The notes under the pieces: generated by a model
What the model was told of the DNA's origin: nothing
The model's input: only the letters and a program-made list of their open reading frames with translations
The model's database searches: none
Position numbers and translations under genes: made by a program
Sequence record: MT161459.1
DNA length: 64,000 bases
Reading direction: 5' to 3' (one strand)
Shown here: positions 24,909 to 34,652 of the stretch, piece by piece
Numbering within the stretch: the stretch's first letter is position 1
Layout of the letters: the number at the start of each line of letters is the position of its first letter

Positions 24909-25598
24909 ATGTCTATGTCTATGATTCATCGGATTATCGTTGGTATGGCTATTATGGCCTCTGTTGTCGCTTGCACTCCGGCCAAAGCTGGTGTACTGAG
25001 TGATGTTACTGGCGCCTACCAAGCAACGTCCGTGTCCAAAGTATATGCAGAGCGCAACGTCGACTCTGGTGTGAGTGAGTTTGGTGTGGTTGTGGATCTG
25101 CCAGCTGACTACTTTCTGGAAGCTAAGCGCGACACCACCGGCTACACTGCTGGTACTCTGGGCAAGTCCGTCCAACTGTCCGACAGCTTCACTTTCGTTC
25201 CATCCGTCAAGTACGGCGTGCTGAATGTCAACAAGGAAGCAAACACCGATCATGAAACCTACTTCGAGGGCATTCTCGAGTACATGCCAGTGTCCGCGCT
25301 GTATGTGTATGGTGGCGCTGGTTACAGCTTCATGAATGAAGGTCAAGACTACAGCAAACTGAAAGCTGGCGTATCTTATGACATCCATCCAGAAATGACA
25401 GTTGGTTACAATTACACTCGTCAGATGCAAAACGCCCGCAACGATTTCGATCTGGGCCTGCCGACCTCCAATGAGCACGAAGTTGTTCTGACTCTGGTTG
25501 GCCACACCATCGAACCGTATGTCAAGATGCGTCACACTGTGACTACTGGTATCGGTTATGACAACTCAGCTGTTGCTGGTCTGGCTCTGGTGTTCTAA
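24909..25598 (+). CDS. putative outer-membrane beta-barrel protein
   Basis: Signal peptide ending AKA, amphipathic strands rich in Y/G, C-terminal Phe (LALVF). Confidence 0.65.
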   Translation: MSMSMIHRIIVGMAIMASVVACTPAKAGVLSDVTGAYQATSVSKVYAERNVDSGVSEFGVVVDLPADYFLEAKRDTTGYTAGTLGKSVQLSDSFTFVPSVKYGVLNVNKEANTDHETYFEGILEYMPVSALYVYGGAGYSFMNEGQDYSKLKAGVSYDIHPEMTVGYNYTRQMQNARNDFDLGLPTSNEHEVVLTLVGHTIEPYVKMRHTVTTGIGYDNSAVAGLALVF

Positions 25599-25599
25599 T

Positions 25600-25836
25600 A
25601 TGATCCCAGAAGCAGGTGTATCGTTTAGCAAGGCTCTCGAACTCGTCAAGACTGGGCAGAAGATTGCTCGTCTCGGTTGGAATGGCCAAGGTATGTGGAT
25701 CGAGATCCAGCGTCCTGACGCTAACAGCAAAATGACCATGCCGTATCTGTATCTGAATTATCCAGCCGGTGGCCGAGTGCCTTGGTTGGCATCTCAGACA
25801 GATCTCCTCTCCGAGGATTGGGTTCTGGTTATGTAA
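25600..25836 (+). CDS. tad2: DUF2829 family protein, Tad2-like signalling-molecule sponge
   Basis: F..AL..VK.G.KIAR.GWNG.GMW...PY...VPWLASQTDLLSEDW. Confidence 0.8.
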   Translation: MIPEAGVSFSKALELVKTGQKIARLGWNGQGMWIEIQRPDANSKMTMPYLYLNYPAGGRVPWLASQTDLLSEDWVLVM

Positions 25837-25950
25837 CGTGTCGGGGTAGAAATACCCCACACAAATGTGTTGTCTTGGAACCGATAAAGCTGAGACGATA
25901 CATTTGTGGCTAAAGTCACAATTCGATAATCATCAAAGGGAGTCTTTGAA

Positions 25951-27528
25951 ATGAACATGAAAAAAGCACAAATGGTCAAGCACTTGCGTGCACTGTTCCG
26001 TGGCGATGCAACTCTGCAAGCTGAGTACAAGAATTCGGACAATTTCATCCGAGCGGTACTCCAGCTGGGTAAAACTGACCCATTCAAACGGAATCTGTGC
26101 ACATCGAGCGACTCTTACAAAGCTAGTCATCCGAAGCAGTTCCCTCGCGGAACTACTCACACCAGCTATTACGTAGAAGCTCGTGGCGGCAAGTTTGATC
26201 AGATCATGGTACAAGGTTTGCATGGTGTTGCGCGTATCCTGGAGCAGGGTGTGACCGTCGAAGACGTCGAGCGTGCCAACAAATTATTCAAATCTCACTT
26301 CGGTCGTGACATCTTCGTATACAAGCAATGGTTGCGAATCGCTACCGAGTTTGACGGCAAAATCCCAGTCAATATGTTTGGCGTGAAAGAATGCACCGTT
26401 CTTCCGGTCAAGAACGCGATGGCTGTGTTGGAAAACACTCACGAAGACTACTACTGGTTGCCTGGTCACTTCGAACCGCTGTTGATGCGCGGTATCTGGT
26501 ATCCAACTGCGGTTGGTACAATCAGCTTCCACGTCAAAGAAGCCTTGCGTCGTGCATTCGAACGCACCTCTGATCTGACTGGTGCCGATCTGGACTTCGT
26601 TCTGAAAACTCGTCTGCACGACTTCGGTCTGCGTGGAGTGAGCTCAGAAGAATCTGCTCGCATTGGCGGTCTGGCCCATCTGATGAACTTCATCGGTACT
26701 GATACTGTAGAAGCTCTGATCATGGCCCAAGATCTGTACAATATGGCCGAAGAATTTGCTGCCGGTATCAGTATCCCAGCTCGGGAACACAGCACTACCA
26801 TCAGCTACGGCGATGACGGTGAATTGACTCCGGATCAGGAAGACGAAGCGTTCGAAAACAGTATCGATCAGTATGGCGATGGCGTTTACGCTTGCGTAAT
26901 GGATTCTAAGGACTTCGAAGCTGCAGTTCTGCGGGTATCTCGTAAGTTCAAGGCAAAGATCCTGGATATGGGTGGCGTATTCGTATTCCGTCCGGACTCG
27001 GGCGATATGTTTGCTAACATCAAATACGCTCTCGAGACTCTGTCCGAGGAGTTTGGCTACACTGTGAACAGCAAAGGGTTTAAGGTTCTGCATCCGAGTG
27101 TTCGCATCATCCAAGGTGATGGTCTGAATAAGGTCCACGATATTGTGGCAGTGACCGACTGCGTCGAAGATCTGGGATATAGCGTCGAGAACATCGCATT
27201 TGGTATGGGCGGCGGTCTGCTGCAACAAGTCAACCGCGACACTCACAAAGTCGCTATGAAAATGAGCGCACTGAAAGTGAATGGCGTATGGCGTAAGGTT
27301 CGTAAGACTCCGAAGGGAGCTGAGTGGAAGACCTCCAAAGCTGGCCGTCTCCGCCTGGTGAAGATCGACGGCGAGTATCGCACTGTGGACATCCTGGAGT
27401 TCCCAGAGTATGAGCACGTCAACGAATACGTGCAGTATCTGAGATCTGGTTATGGTATGTTCGAGTACAATGAGGAACTGTTCCTACGGATTCGCGCTTA
27501 CTCCGACACCCAAAGTCTGACTGCATAA
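25951..27528 (+). CDS. nadV: nicotinamide phosphoribosyltransferase family enzyme (Nampt/NadV; Namat not excluded)
   Basis: DSYKASH, LHDFG.RGVSS, GTDT, EHST, RPDSGD, IIQGDG, KTSKAG. Confidence 0.88.
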   Translation: MNMKKAQMVKHLRALFRGDATLQAEYKNSDNFIRAVLQLGKTDPFKRNLCTSSDSYKASHPKQFPRGTTHTSYYVEARGGKFDQIMVQGLHGVARILEQGVTVEDVERANKLFKSHFGRDIFVYKQWLRIATEFDGKIPVNMFGVKECTVLPVKNAMAVLENTHEDYYWLPGHFEPLLMRGIWYPTAVGTISFHVKEALRRAFERTSDLTGADLDFVLKTRLHDFGLRGVSSEESARIGGLAHLMNFIGTDTVEALIMAQDLYNMAEEFAAGISIPAREHSTTISYGDDGELTPDQEDEAFENSIDQYGDGVYACVMDSKDFEAAVLRVSRKFKAKILDMGGVFVFRPDSGDMFANIKYALETLSEEFGYTVNSKGFKVLHPSVRIIQGDGLNKVHDIVAVTDCVEDLGYSVENIAFGMGGGLLQQVNRDTHKVAMKMSALKVNGVWRKVRKTPKGAEWKTSKAGRLRLVKIDGEYRTVDILEFPEYEHVNEYVQYLRSGYGMFEYNEELFLRIRAYSDTQSLTA

Positions 27529-27624
27529 TAACGGAAACCCACTTCGGTGGGTTTTCTTTTATCTGTTGTGCTGCAAACGACAATAGCGTAGGATGTCCGT
27601 AATGAAACTAAAAGGAGTACAACC

Positions 27625-27948
27625 ATGATCGACATCAATCGCACATTCGCATTCGCGGACGGTTCAGTAGAAAAAGTTTGGAACCTGCGTGTAGACCGTG
27701 GGGACATCGTTGAAGTAGTGACTCCCGAAGGTCGTAGTGACGACTTCGTATGTTACATCCGTCTGACTAACGCGTTCGATGGCATAGAGTTCCAATTGAA
27801 GCACCATTTTTATGGCAAGACTGTATATACCGCCGACGACTCATATTACGTCAACGGTTACTCCGTAGCCGAGCACTTCATGAATAAGATCTTGGCTCAC
27901 GGTATCGTAGATCTCAATAACTGGGTTGAAGTTCCGGAGGGCGAATAA
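27625..27948 (+). CDS. hypothetical protein
   Basis: AAGGAG RBS. Confidence 0.7.
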   Translation: MIDINRTFAFADGSVEKVWNLRVDRGDIVEVVTPEGRSDDFVCYIRLTNAFDGIEFQLKHHFYGKTVYTADDSYYVNGYSVAEHFMNKILAHGIVDLNNWVEVPEGE

Positions 27949-27949
27949 T

Positions 27950-28234
27950 ATGAAGAAGACGTTCATGGAAATCTTGGTCGAGTCTCTAGCAGCAGCTGAC
28001 AAGGAGTTCGTTGGCAAATTCGCGGTTCAGGATAAGGACGGAACGTTCCACTTCTTTGCAGATCGACCTAGTCGGAAGCTCAAGACTCATCATTGGGATT
28101 CTACGATGGGACCAATTGATAGCTTGATTGGCACGCAATTGTATTCAGATTGGCATGGATCTCGTCTGAGTCGAGTTGGATACGATAGCTACACTGCGTA
28201 CATGCTTCGTAAGGAGAATAATGAAGACGTTTAA
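27950..28234 (+). CDS. hypothetical protein (xAVQDxDG motif)
   Basis: FAVQDKDG motif common in small phage proteins. Confidence 0.6.
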   Translation: MKKTFMEILVESLAAADKEFVGKFAVQDKDGTFHFFADRPSRKLKTHHWDSTMGPIDSLIGTQLYSDWHGSRLSRVGYDSYTAYMLRKENNEDV

Positions 28235-28712
28235 GAAGGTGCTGTTTCTGGATATGGACGGCGTCATTCACAATGATGCGTCCTACATGAAATATGGTCA
28301 AATGATCGACTTTGGAGGAGTCAAGATCCTATCGAAGTTGATACTGGAACAAGATCTTGGGATAGTATTCAGTTCCACTTGGAGAATTGGATTGGATCGC
28401 GACGTTGTATCAGACTATCTGAAATTGTGCGGATTCCCACCTAGTGTCCTGCACGAGGACTACAAGACTCGAGATCTGATCGGAGAGCACCGCGGTTCGC
28501 TGATCCAGGAATGGCTGGACGCTCATCCAGAAGTTGAGCAATACGTCATAGTGGATGACGATGACGACATGCTGCCCAGTCAGACTGAGAACTTCATCCA
28601 CGTAGATGGGATGAATGGATTTGGAGTTCGGGACTTCTACAGAGCAGAGAGTATCTTCAAAGGATATCGAACTGGGCAGTGCAAAGAGCACATCAACATG
28701 GGTAGGAAATAA
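28221..28712 (+). CDS. HAD-family phosphatase (HAD_SAK_2-like)
   Basis: VLFLDMDGV, VFSSTWR, RG..I..WL, YVIVDD. Confidence 0.85.
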   Translation: MKTFKKVLFLDMDGVIHNDASYMKYGQMIDFGGVKILSKLILEQDLGIVFSSTWRIGLDRDVVSDYLKLCGFPPSVLHEDYKTRDLIGEHRGSLIQEWLDAHPEVEQYVIVDDDDDMLPSQTENFIHVDGMNGFGVRDFYRAESIFKGYRTGQCKEHINMGRK

Positions 28713-28802
28713 TCGAGAATCTCTGAGATAATCGGTTGCATCAAAACGTAGTTCATGGGATTATATCTTCATTGGGACAGAAGTCCAAAACCAAACAGAG
28801 GA

Positions 28803-29234
28803 ATGACCATGAACTACTTCAACCTGACTACCAAAACTGTAATGACCTTCAAAGAAGCTGAAGCTGCTCGTCTGGCTGGTTCTACTGATCAAGTTGTATG
28901 TCGTCACGATTTCAACTCCTTTGAAGATGCTCAGGCAGTTGTAGATAGCTTTAGTGACGCTGGTATCGATCTGCTGGCTGTCGATAACGGCGCAAACGTA
29001 TCTCCACGATTCGATATCATTGAGACTCCGAAGGTTGGCGAAGATATCAGCTACGCATACAATGGTGACTACTATCCTTGCGGTCAGATCGCTTCTATCA
29101 GCAAGACCATGAAGCGTATTACCAGTACAACCGGTCGCGTTTTCACTCGTCGTAAACTGACTGGCGCTTGGAAGAATCAAGGCATGTGGACCATGGTTTC
29201 TGGTCACATCAACAAGTGGAACCCAGAGTTCTAA
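28803..29234 (+). CDS. hypothetical protein
   Basis: GAGG RBS after TTGCAT-17-GATTAT promoter. Confidence 0.7.
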   Translation: MTMNYFNLTTKTVMTFKEAEAARLAGSTDQVVCRHDFNSFEDAQAVVDSFSDAGIDLLAVDNGANVSPRFDIIETPKVGEDISYAYNGDYYPCGQIASISKTMKRITSTTGRVFTRRKLTGAWKNQGMWTMVSGHINKWNPEF

Positions 29235-29281
29235 GAATTAGGCCCTTCGGGGCCTTCCTCCACAATACAGAAGGAAATCAA

Positions 29282-30325
29282 ATGAACGAACTTCATGCAA
29301 TATTACGATCCCATAACGTTACTTGGCCTCTCGCGGCTGAGTTTGCAACCCAAAACCGAGATGGAGGCGTTGTATTCTCCAAACAACGGCCGATCCGTCG
29401 TTCCGGCCAGCCCATCTGGAACCATCCTCGTTACTCGAAGGTTGGGTTTGCATCACCAACTCGACTCAGCTCACGCTGGTATTCCAACATCGTTACCAAA
29501 GAACAATGGGAACGCGAGCAGTGGATCGAGTGGACTGAAGTGGATCGTCACAAGGGCGTTATGCCAGTACCGAAAGGCACCATCGTCGACGTTCTCTTTA
29601 ATGATGGTAGCCAGAGCCTCGGCGGTTCTGCGGGCACTCGTCGTACTGATGCCAACCACGTAGTTGGTATCGATCCGACTACTAATCAGCGTGGAACTCG
29701 CATCGCGCACTACTGGGGCAATTCAGCTGCGTTCCGTATTGTGGGTTATCGAGTATCCAATGTCAAACCTCTCGATGTGCAACCCGAGTGGATCGAGTGG
29801 ACCACGGACGATCGATCTCGTGACGTTATGCCAGTACCTCGCGGTACACTCATTGACGTTGAGTTTACTGACGGTCAAATTAGCATCGGGGTGTCGGCTG
29901 GTACCGATGGCATGGCATCAGATCACGTCGCTGGTGTAACTCCATCAGGCAGCCCAAGCTATCGTACAGCTGGTTACTGGGGATCTCATACATCGAATCC
30001 GATCGTTCGATATCGTCTGCATACTCCGTCAGCGGACGTCAAAAAACCGGCAGCGCCTATAGATCGCGGTGTTGTCGTCGCTGAGTCTTCGTATGAGCCG
30101 TGGAATACTCCAGCGTGCAAATCTGTCAGCGAAGAAGAATTCTCCATCAGCGCGACCATGCAACACATTCGCAATCTGGAATTGGCTGCCAACGAGAAGT
30201 TGGAGCAATCTGCTAAGCTGTTCGCTGAGGCTGAGACTATGACCAAAGAGCGACTGGATCTGCTGGCCCAACTGAATGTTCACTTGGCTGAACTGAATCT
30301 GGTTGTCGACTTTAAGGACAAATAA
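29282..30325 (+). CDS. protein with two tandem internal repeats
   Basis: WIEWT..DR...VMPVP.GT..DV.F.DG twice; C-terminal coiled coil. Confidence 0.75.
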   Translation: MNELHAILRSHNVTWPLAAEFATQNRDGGVVFSKQRPIRRSGQPIWNHPRYSKVGFASPTRLSSRWYSNIVTKEQWEREQWIEWTEVDRHKGVMPVPKGTIVDVLFNDGSQSLGGSAGTRRTDANHVVGIDPTTNQRGTRIAHYWGNSAAFRIVGYRVSNVKPLDVQPEWIEWTTDDRSRDVMPVPRGTLIDVEFTDGQISIGVSAGTDGMASDHVAGVTPSGSPSYRTAGYWGSHTSNPIVRYRLHTPSADVKKPAAPIDRGVVVAESSYEPWNTPACKSVSEEEFSISATMQHIRNLELAANEKLEQSAKLFAEAETMTKERLDLLAQLNVHLAELNLVVDFKDK

Positions 30326-30328
30326 CAG

Positions 30329-30362
30329 TTGACGCTAACGGGGTATCCGATGACGATACCCC
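30329..30362 (+). promoter_or_regulatory. early promoter with inverted repeat over -10
   Basis: TTGACG-17-GACGAT; GGGGTATC/GATACCCC. Confidence 0.6.
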
Positions 30363-30384
30363 TATCAATCGATAGGAGATCATT

Positions 30385-30660
30385 ATGATCCAGCAAGGCA
30401 CTAAATTCCGTCTCCGTCCAGAACGGAAGGCGATGTTTATCAACCTTCATCCAGACAATGCTGAGAACTACCAGCTTATGGGTGACGGCATCCTGACAGT
30501 CAAAGATCTCCGACCGGAGAAAAGCGTCATTGACAGCGTGTACCAAGAAGACGGATCTGTAGTAGTTGGGATCGCGCACGGTTGCGATGCTCTGCTCACA
30601 TTCTACGAATTTGCAAGTTTCTTTGAAGAGGTTGTTGCTACCGAACCTGAGTCTGTGTAG
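30385..30660 (+). CDS. hypothetical protein
   Basis: AGGAG RBS. Confidence 0.65.
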   Translation: MIQQGTKFRLRPERKAMFINLHPDNAENYQLMGDGILTVKDLRPEKSVIDSVYQEDGSVVVGIAHGCDALLTFYEFASFFEEVVATEPESV

Positions 30661-30692
30661 ACTTAATCGTATCGCGCAACAGGTATAAAACT

Positions 30693-31019
30693 ATGCACAC
30701 CACTTCTCGATACAAGTCTATTCTGGCTCACAACCAAAGTGTCATCCCTAGTGGGAGCTATTCCGATATAGGCAACCGTAAACGGGCCGACAATGCAGCC
30801 AAACGAAGTGCAGTTCGGAATAGGTTGTTTCAAGTGATCGTCCCAAGATCTGACTTGGATTACGGATACGACAACTGTATCGGGATTAATCTCGGTGCGT
30901 GCAGATCGAGGGATGGCAAACCGGAAGTTATGTTGCTTATCCCAACCAGCGGCAAAAACTTCGATATCGTATCGTTTCTATTTGAAAATGTGAAACTTGC
31001 CGATCAACAGTTTAAATAA
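30693..31019 (+). CDS. hypothetical protein
   Basis: AGGT RBS. Confidence 0.55.
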   Translation: MHTTSRYKSILAHNQSVIPSGSYSDIGNRKRADNAAKRSAVRNRLFQVIVPRSDLDYGYDNCIGINLGACRSRDGKPEVMLLIPTSGKNFDIVSFLFENVKLADQQFK

Positions 31020-31028
31020 GAGGTTACT

Positions 31029-31493
31029 ATGACTACCACCACTATGGGCCAAGCCTACGCTCTCGTTTCGAAGTTGTTCGCTGATAAAACTGACAAGGGT
31101 GGCAACCCTTACTTTGAGCATTGTCTGTCTGTCATGAACGGACTGTGCTGCAACGCTACATTCATCGAACGACTAGCCGCTCTAGGTCACGATGTGATCG
31201 AAGACATCGAGGGCGGTCGCGACATCCTGCTGTGCAATGGTTGGCCGCTGGAAGCTATCGAGATCATCGAATCCGTTAGCAAGGTTCCTGGCGAAACCGA
31301 CGCGCAGTATAAGGCGAAGGTCAAGGCCAACGATCGCGGGATCAAAGTCAAGATGTCAGATCTGCGCAATAACAGCGACATTCGTCGTATGAAGAACAAG
31401 ATCCCAACCGCTCGCGACATCCAACGTGTCATTGGGTACATGGAGTTCTATGGCGAGCTGGAAATCCTTGCCAAAGAACGTGGATTGATCTAA
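31029..31493 (+). CDS. HD-domain hydrolase, Mesh1/RelA-SpoT-hydrolase-like
   Basis: DKGGNPY.EH...V, ALGHDVIED, VKMSD..NN. Confidence 0.8.
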   Translation: MTTTTMGQAYALVSKLFADKTDKGGNPYFEHCLSVMNGLCCNATFIERLAALGHDVIEDIEGGRDILLCNGWPLEAIEIIESVSKVPGETDAQYKAKVKANDRGIKVKMSDLRNNSDIRRMKNKIPTARDIQRVIGYMEFYGELEILAKERGLI

Positions 31494-31537
31494 GATGCTA
31501 CTGGGGCGAATGTGCCCCATTATCAAGAGGGTGTATC

Positions 31538-32050
31538 ATGAAAGCGAAGACTGAAATCACTGCTGAGATGTTCAAAGCTGCTACTGGCCGCGATCACGAA
31601 CAAGACGATCTGGAGCGTTGCAACTGTCATAAGGCTGGAACCAGTGGACACAATCACTGTGGGTGGAACTACAAGCACAACTGCCCGATGTTCGAATCTT
31701 CGGACGAAGGCATGTTCCTCGGTCTGATTACTCGCCATCGTCACACTTACGATATTCACGTTCCGATGAAATCGTTCAACCTGCTGTCGAAAGAGCAGCA
31801 GAAGATCCTGCAATGCAATGGCGGACGTCTCAAAATTCGCGAGGAGATGCACTCGCGATTCAAAGACGAGTATAGCCGTCAACCGTTCATCGGCCTGTCA
31901 GTAACTCTGATGGTTCGAAATGGCGTGAAACTGAGAGCTGCTCGGTTGAAGTGGGATCGAATCATGACCTACGTTGACTCCATCGGAATGTTAGATGATG
32001 ATGTTGCAGCACAATGGCGTGCGAGTCGATGTGAGGCCAGATACCTATGA
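31538..32050 (+). CDS. Cys/His-rich hypothetical protein
   Basis: DDLERCNC..AG..GH.HCGW motif. Confidence 0.7.
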   Translation: MKAKTEITAEMFKAATGRDHEQDDLERCNCHKAGTSGHNHCGWNYKHNCPMFESSDEGMFLGLITRHRHTYDIHVPMKSFNLLSKEQQKILQCNGGRLKIREEMHSRFKDEYSRQPFIGLSVTLMVRNGVKLRAARLKWDRIMTYVDSIGMLDDDVAAQWRASRCEARYL

Positions 32051-32196
32051 ACCAACCAACGCAACATCCAACCCAGTTGCCGAGAACTCCAGTACCGGTT
32101 TGCGAGACGAACACAGCATACTACTGTCCCCATCGTCCCAAGACTGAATCTGATGAACCGAATACCAAACCGCAGATAGTTCTGCACTAGGAGATT

Positions 32197-32616
32197 ATGA
32201 TGGTAGATCACCACTACACTGGATACGTTCGTGTAAACACCCAGCGTTCCAAACACCATGGCAAGATTGGCGAGATGATCACATGGAGCTACAAATCTGG
32301 CGTGAAGTTTGGCAAGGTCCGTTTTGAAGACAAAACTGTTGCCAGCATCGTCCTGACCAATCTGGACAAAGCCAGCAAACCTGTAACTCTGTCAGTCGAT
32401 GACGATCGCAAGGTATACCGCGTGCGTTCTGTTATCACCAAGGCATCCGACGGTTCCAAGATCGAGTCTATGTCCGAAGATATGACCGAAGCGGATGCAA
32501 TCGAACTGGCTACGAAGCGGAAGATCGCTAACCCAGAAGATCTGATCAGCATCTGGAAAATGACTGCTGTGATCGGCACTCCGCGTACTCTGGCTGACGT
32601 CATTCCGGTAATTTAA
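32197..32616 (+). CDS. hypothetical protein (KOW/SH3-like N-terminus)
   Basis: AGGAG RBS. Confidence 0.65.
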   Translation: MMVDHHYTGYVRVNTQRSKHHGKIGEMITWSYKSGVKFGKVRFEDKTVASIVLTNLDKASKPVTLSVDDDRKVYRVRSVITKASDGSKIESMSEDMTEADAIELATKRKIANPEDLISIWKMTAVIGTPRTLADVIPVI

Positions 32617-32619
32617 AAG

Positions 32620-32652
32620 TTGCAAGGATTGTATTGACGATGTATAATCCTT
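32620..32652 (+). promoter_or_regulatory. sigma70-like promoter of queE with inverted repeat
   Basis: TTGCAA-17-TATAAT; AAGGATTGTA/TATAATCCTT. Confidence 0.7.
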
Positions 32653-32678
32653 CTCTATTCAACGTAAAGGTAAAAAGC

Positions 32679-33545
32679 ATGGCTCGTGAAATTACTTATT
32701 CAGAGGAATTCTTTAGCTTCCAGGGAGAAGGCCAATATACCGGTCGTCCAACTGTGTGGCTTCGTCTCCATGGTTGTAATCTGGAGTGTCCTGGCTTCGG
32801 TCGTTCTAACCCAGCTCGTCCTGATCTGTACGCAGACCAAGATCCGTTGGGCGACATCGATGTCAAGATGATCAATTCGTACGCAGATCTGCCGATCCCA
32901 GAGTTTGGTTGCGACTCCAGTTATTCGTGGTCTCGTAAATTCAAACATCTGGCTCACAAAGACACTGCAACGGATCTGGTTGACAAGCTCGTGGCACTAG
33001 CTCCTGGTGGGTTCTTTGGGGATAACATCCACTTCTGTATCACTGGCGGTGAGCCGATGATGAACCAGAACGCAGTGATCGATATCTTCGAAGAGCTGAT
33101 GGCCCGCGGAGAGCTTCCGAAGTTTGTGACTATTGAGACTAATGGTACTCGTCCACTGAAGCAAGATATGATCGATCTGATCGGTCGCGTCAAGCGTGAA
33201 GGTACTGAATGGTTCTGGTCTATCAGTCCGAAATTGCTTCACGTATCCGGTGAACAGAACGCGAAAGCAATCCGTCCGGAAGTAGTAGCTCAATACTTCG
33301 ATGTATCTGAGACTGGCCAGTTGAAGTTCGTGTGCAACGGTACTCCAGAGTGCTGGCACGAATTGGAATGGGCAGCTGATCAGTTTGATCGCGTATATCC
33401 GATCTGGGTTATGCCTGTTGGCGCTCGTCTGGAACACCAGGAGTCCAGCAGCATCGCTGGGATCAGCAACGAAGCACTTCGTCGTCGTTATAATGTAGCT
33501 GCTCGCGTTCACGTTTATGTGTACGGCAACTCTATTGGCACCTGA
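32679..33545 (+). CDS. queE: 7-carboxy-7-deazaguanine synthase (radical SAM)
   Basis: F.SFQGEG..TGRP.V.LRL.GCNL.C....CDS.YSW, ITGGEP, TIETNG, SISPK. Confidence 0.9.
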   Translation: MAREITYSEEFFSFQGEGQYTGRPTVWLRLHGCNLECPGFGRSNPARPDLYADQDPLGDIDVKMINSYADLPIPEFGCDSSYSWSRKFKHLAHKDTATDLVDKLVALAPGGFFGDNIHFCITGGEPMMNQNAVIDIFEELMARGELPKFVTIETNGTRPLKQDMIDLIGRVKREGTEWFWSISPKLLHVSGEQNAKAIRPEVVAQYFDVSETGQLKFVCNGTPECWHELEWAADQFDRVYPIWVMPVGARLEHQESSSIAGISNEALRRRYNVAARVHVYVYGNSIGT

Positions 33546-33597
33546 TCGATGGGTCTCTTCGGAGACCCTAAATAACGGACCGACAAAGGAGAATTAC

Positions 33598-33810
33598 ATG
33601 AAGACGTTCGATGAATACCTCGCCGAGGCAAAAGGGTTGTCTACTGCAGATAAGCAGAAGATTGCTAAAGATATCGTCAAAGAGATGTCCGACGATGATG
33701 ACGTGAATGAGCTGATTGGGATGTACCTGGAAAATACTCCAGGCGCAGAGCACGCTACCGATCGGGATCATAAAGACATCCTGAAGATGATCGAGAAGCT
33801 GCGCAAGTAA
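33598..33810 (+). CDS. putative internal head protein
   Basis: MKTFDEYLAEA resembles T4 capsid-targeting leader MKTYQEFIAE; CTAAATA upstream. Confidence 0.6.
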   Translation: MKTFDEYLAEAKGLSTADKQKIAKDIVKEMSDDDDVNELIGMYLENTPGAEHATDRDHKDILKMIEKLRK

Positions 33811-33952
33811 GTTTACAGCGTAGCGATATCGCAGTAAGATAGACAGACAAAGTCATTCTCGTTGTGTTGTCCGAAAGGTTTTGAACGAGCAAGTACGGAT
33901 GCCCTTGACTCTTCCGCATCCACATTAACCAACCTGAAGAAAGGAATTTTAA

Positions 33953-34618
33953 ATGAAAAACAACGCTGAATTGGGCCGTGCAGTAAACCAACATCTGACC
34001 GATCTGGGCATCAACACTCCCACCACCGATCTGCTCTACGTAGGTCGCGATGAGAAGGTTGAGAAGATCAAAGGTCATATGAAGTCCATCCTGGAAACTC
34101 TGGGTCTGGATCTGACAGATGACAGTCTGGAAGAAACCCCAATTCGTGTGGCGAAGATGTTCGTCGACGAGATCTACTCTGGTCTGGTACCGGATACCTT
34201 CCCGAAGTGCACCACTGTAGAAAACAAATTCGCTAACCATAACGAATTTGTCATGGAGCGTGATATCACTTTGTTCTCTGACTGCGAACATCACCTGCGT
34301 ACCATTCATGGCGTTGCTCATGTAGCATACGTGCCGACTGATAAGGTTCTCGGTCTGAGTAAGTTGAACCGTATCGTTCAATACTTCGGTCAGCGGCCGC
34401 AGGTTCAGGAACGACTGACTCAACAGATTGCTCACGCAATTCAGTTCATCACTGGTTCTGATCACGTCTGCGTAGCTATCGATGCTAAGCATATGTGTGT
34501 CAGTCAACGCGGTATCAAGGACTCCAAGAGCTCCACTGTTACTCTGGCTGCTCTGGGCAAGTTCGGCGAGGCGGATAGCAATCTGCGTCGCGAGTTTATG
34601 GCTGCTACTAAGCAGTAA
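33953..34618 (+). CDS. folE: GTP cyclohydrolase I
   Basis: ETP.RVAKM, CEHH, LGLSKL.R, RPQVQERLT, H.C...RG. Confidence 0.95.
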   Translation: MKNNAELGRAVNQHLTDLGINTPTTDLLYVGRDEKVEKIKGHMKSILETLGLDLTDDSLEETPIRVAKMFVDEIYSGLVPDTFPKCTTVENKFANHNEFVMERDITLFSDCEHHLRTIHGVAHVAYVPTDKVLGLSKLNRIVQYFGQRPQVQERLTQQIAHAIQFITGSDHVCVAIDAKHMCVSQRGIKDSKSSTVTLAALGKFGEADSNLRREFMAATKQ

Positions 34619-34623
34619 CGACA

Positions 34624-34652
34624 AAGGCCACCTTCGGGTGGCTTTTCTTTTG
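34624..34652 (+). terminator. intrinsic terminator
   Basis: GCCACC-TTCG-GGTGGC + U tract. Confidence 0.85.
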
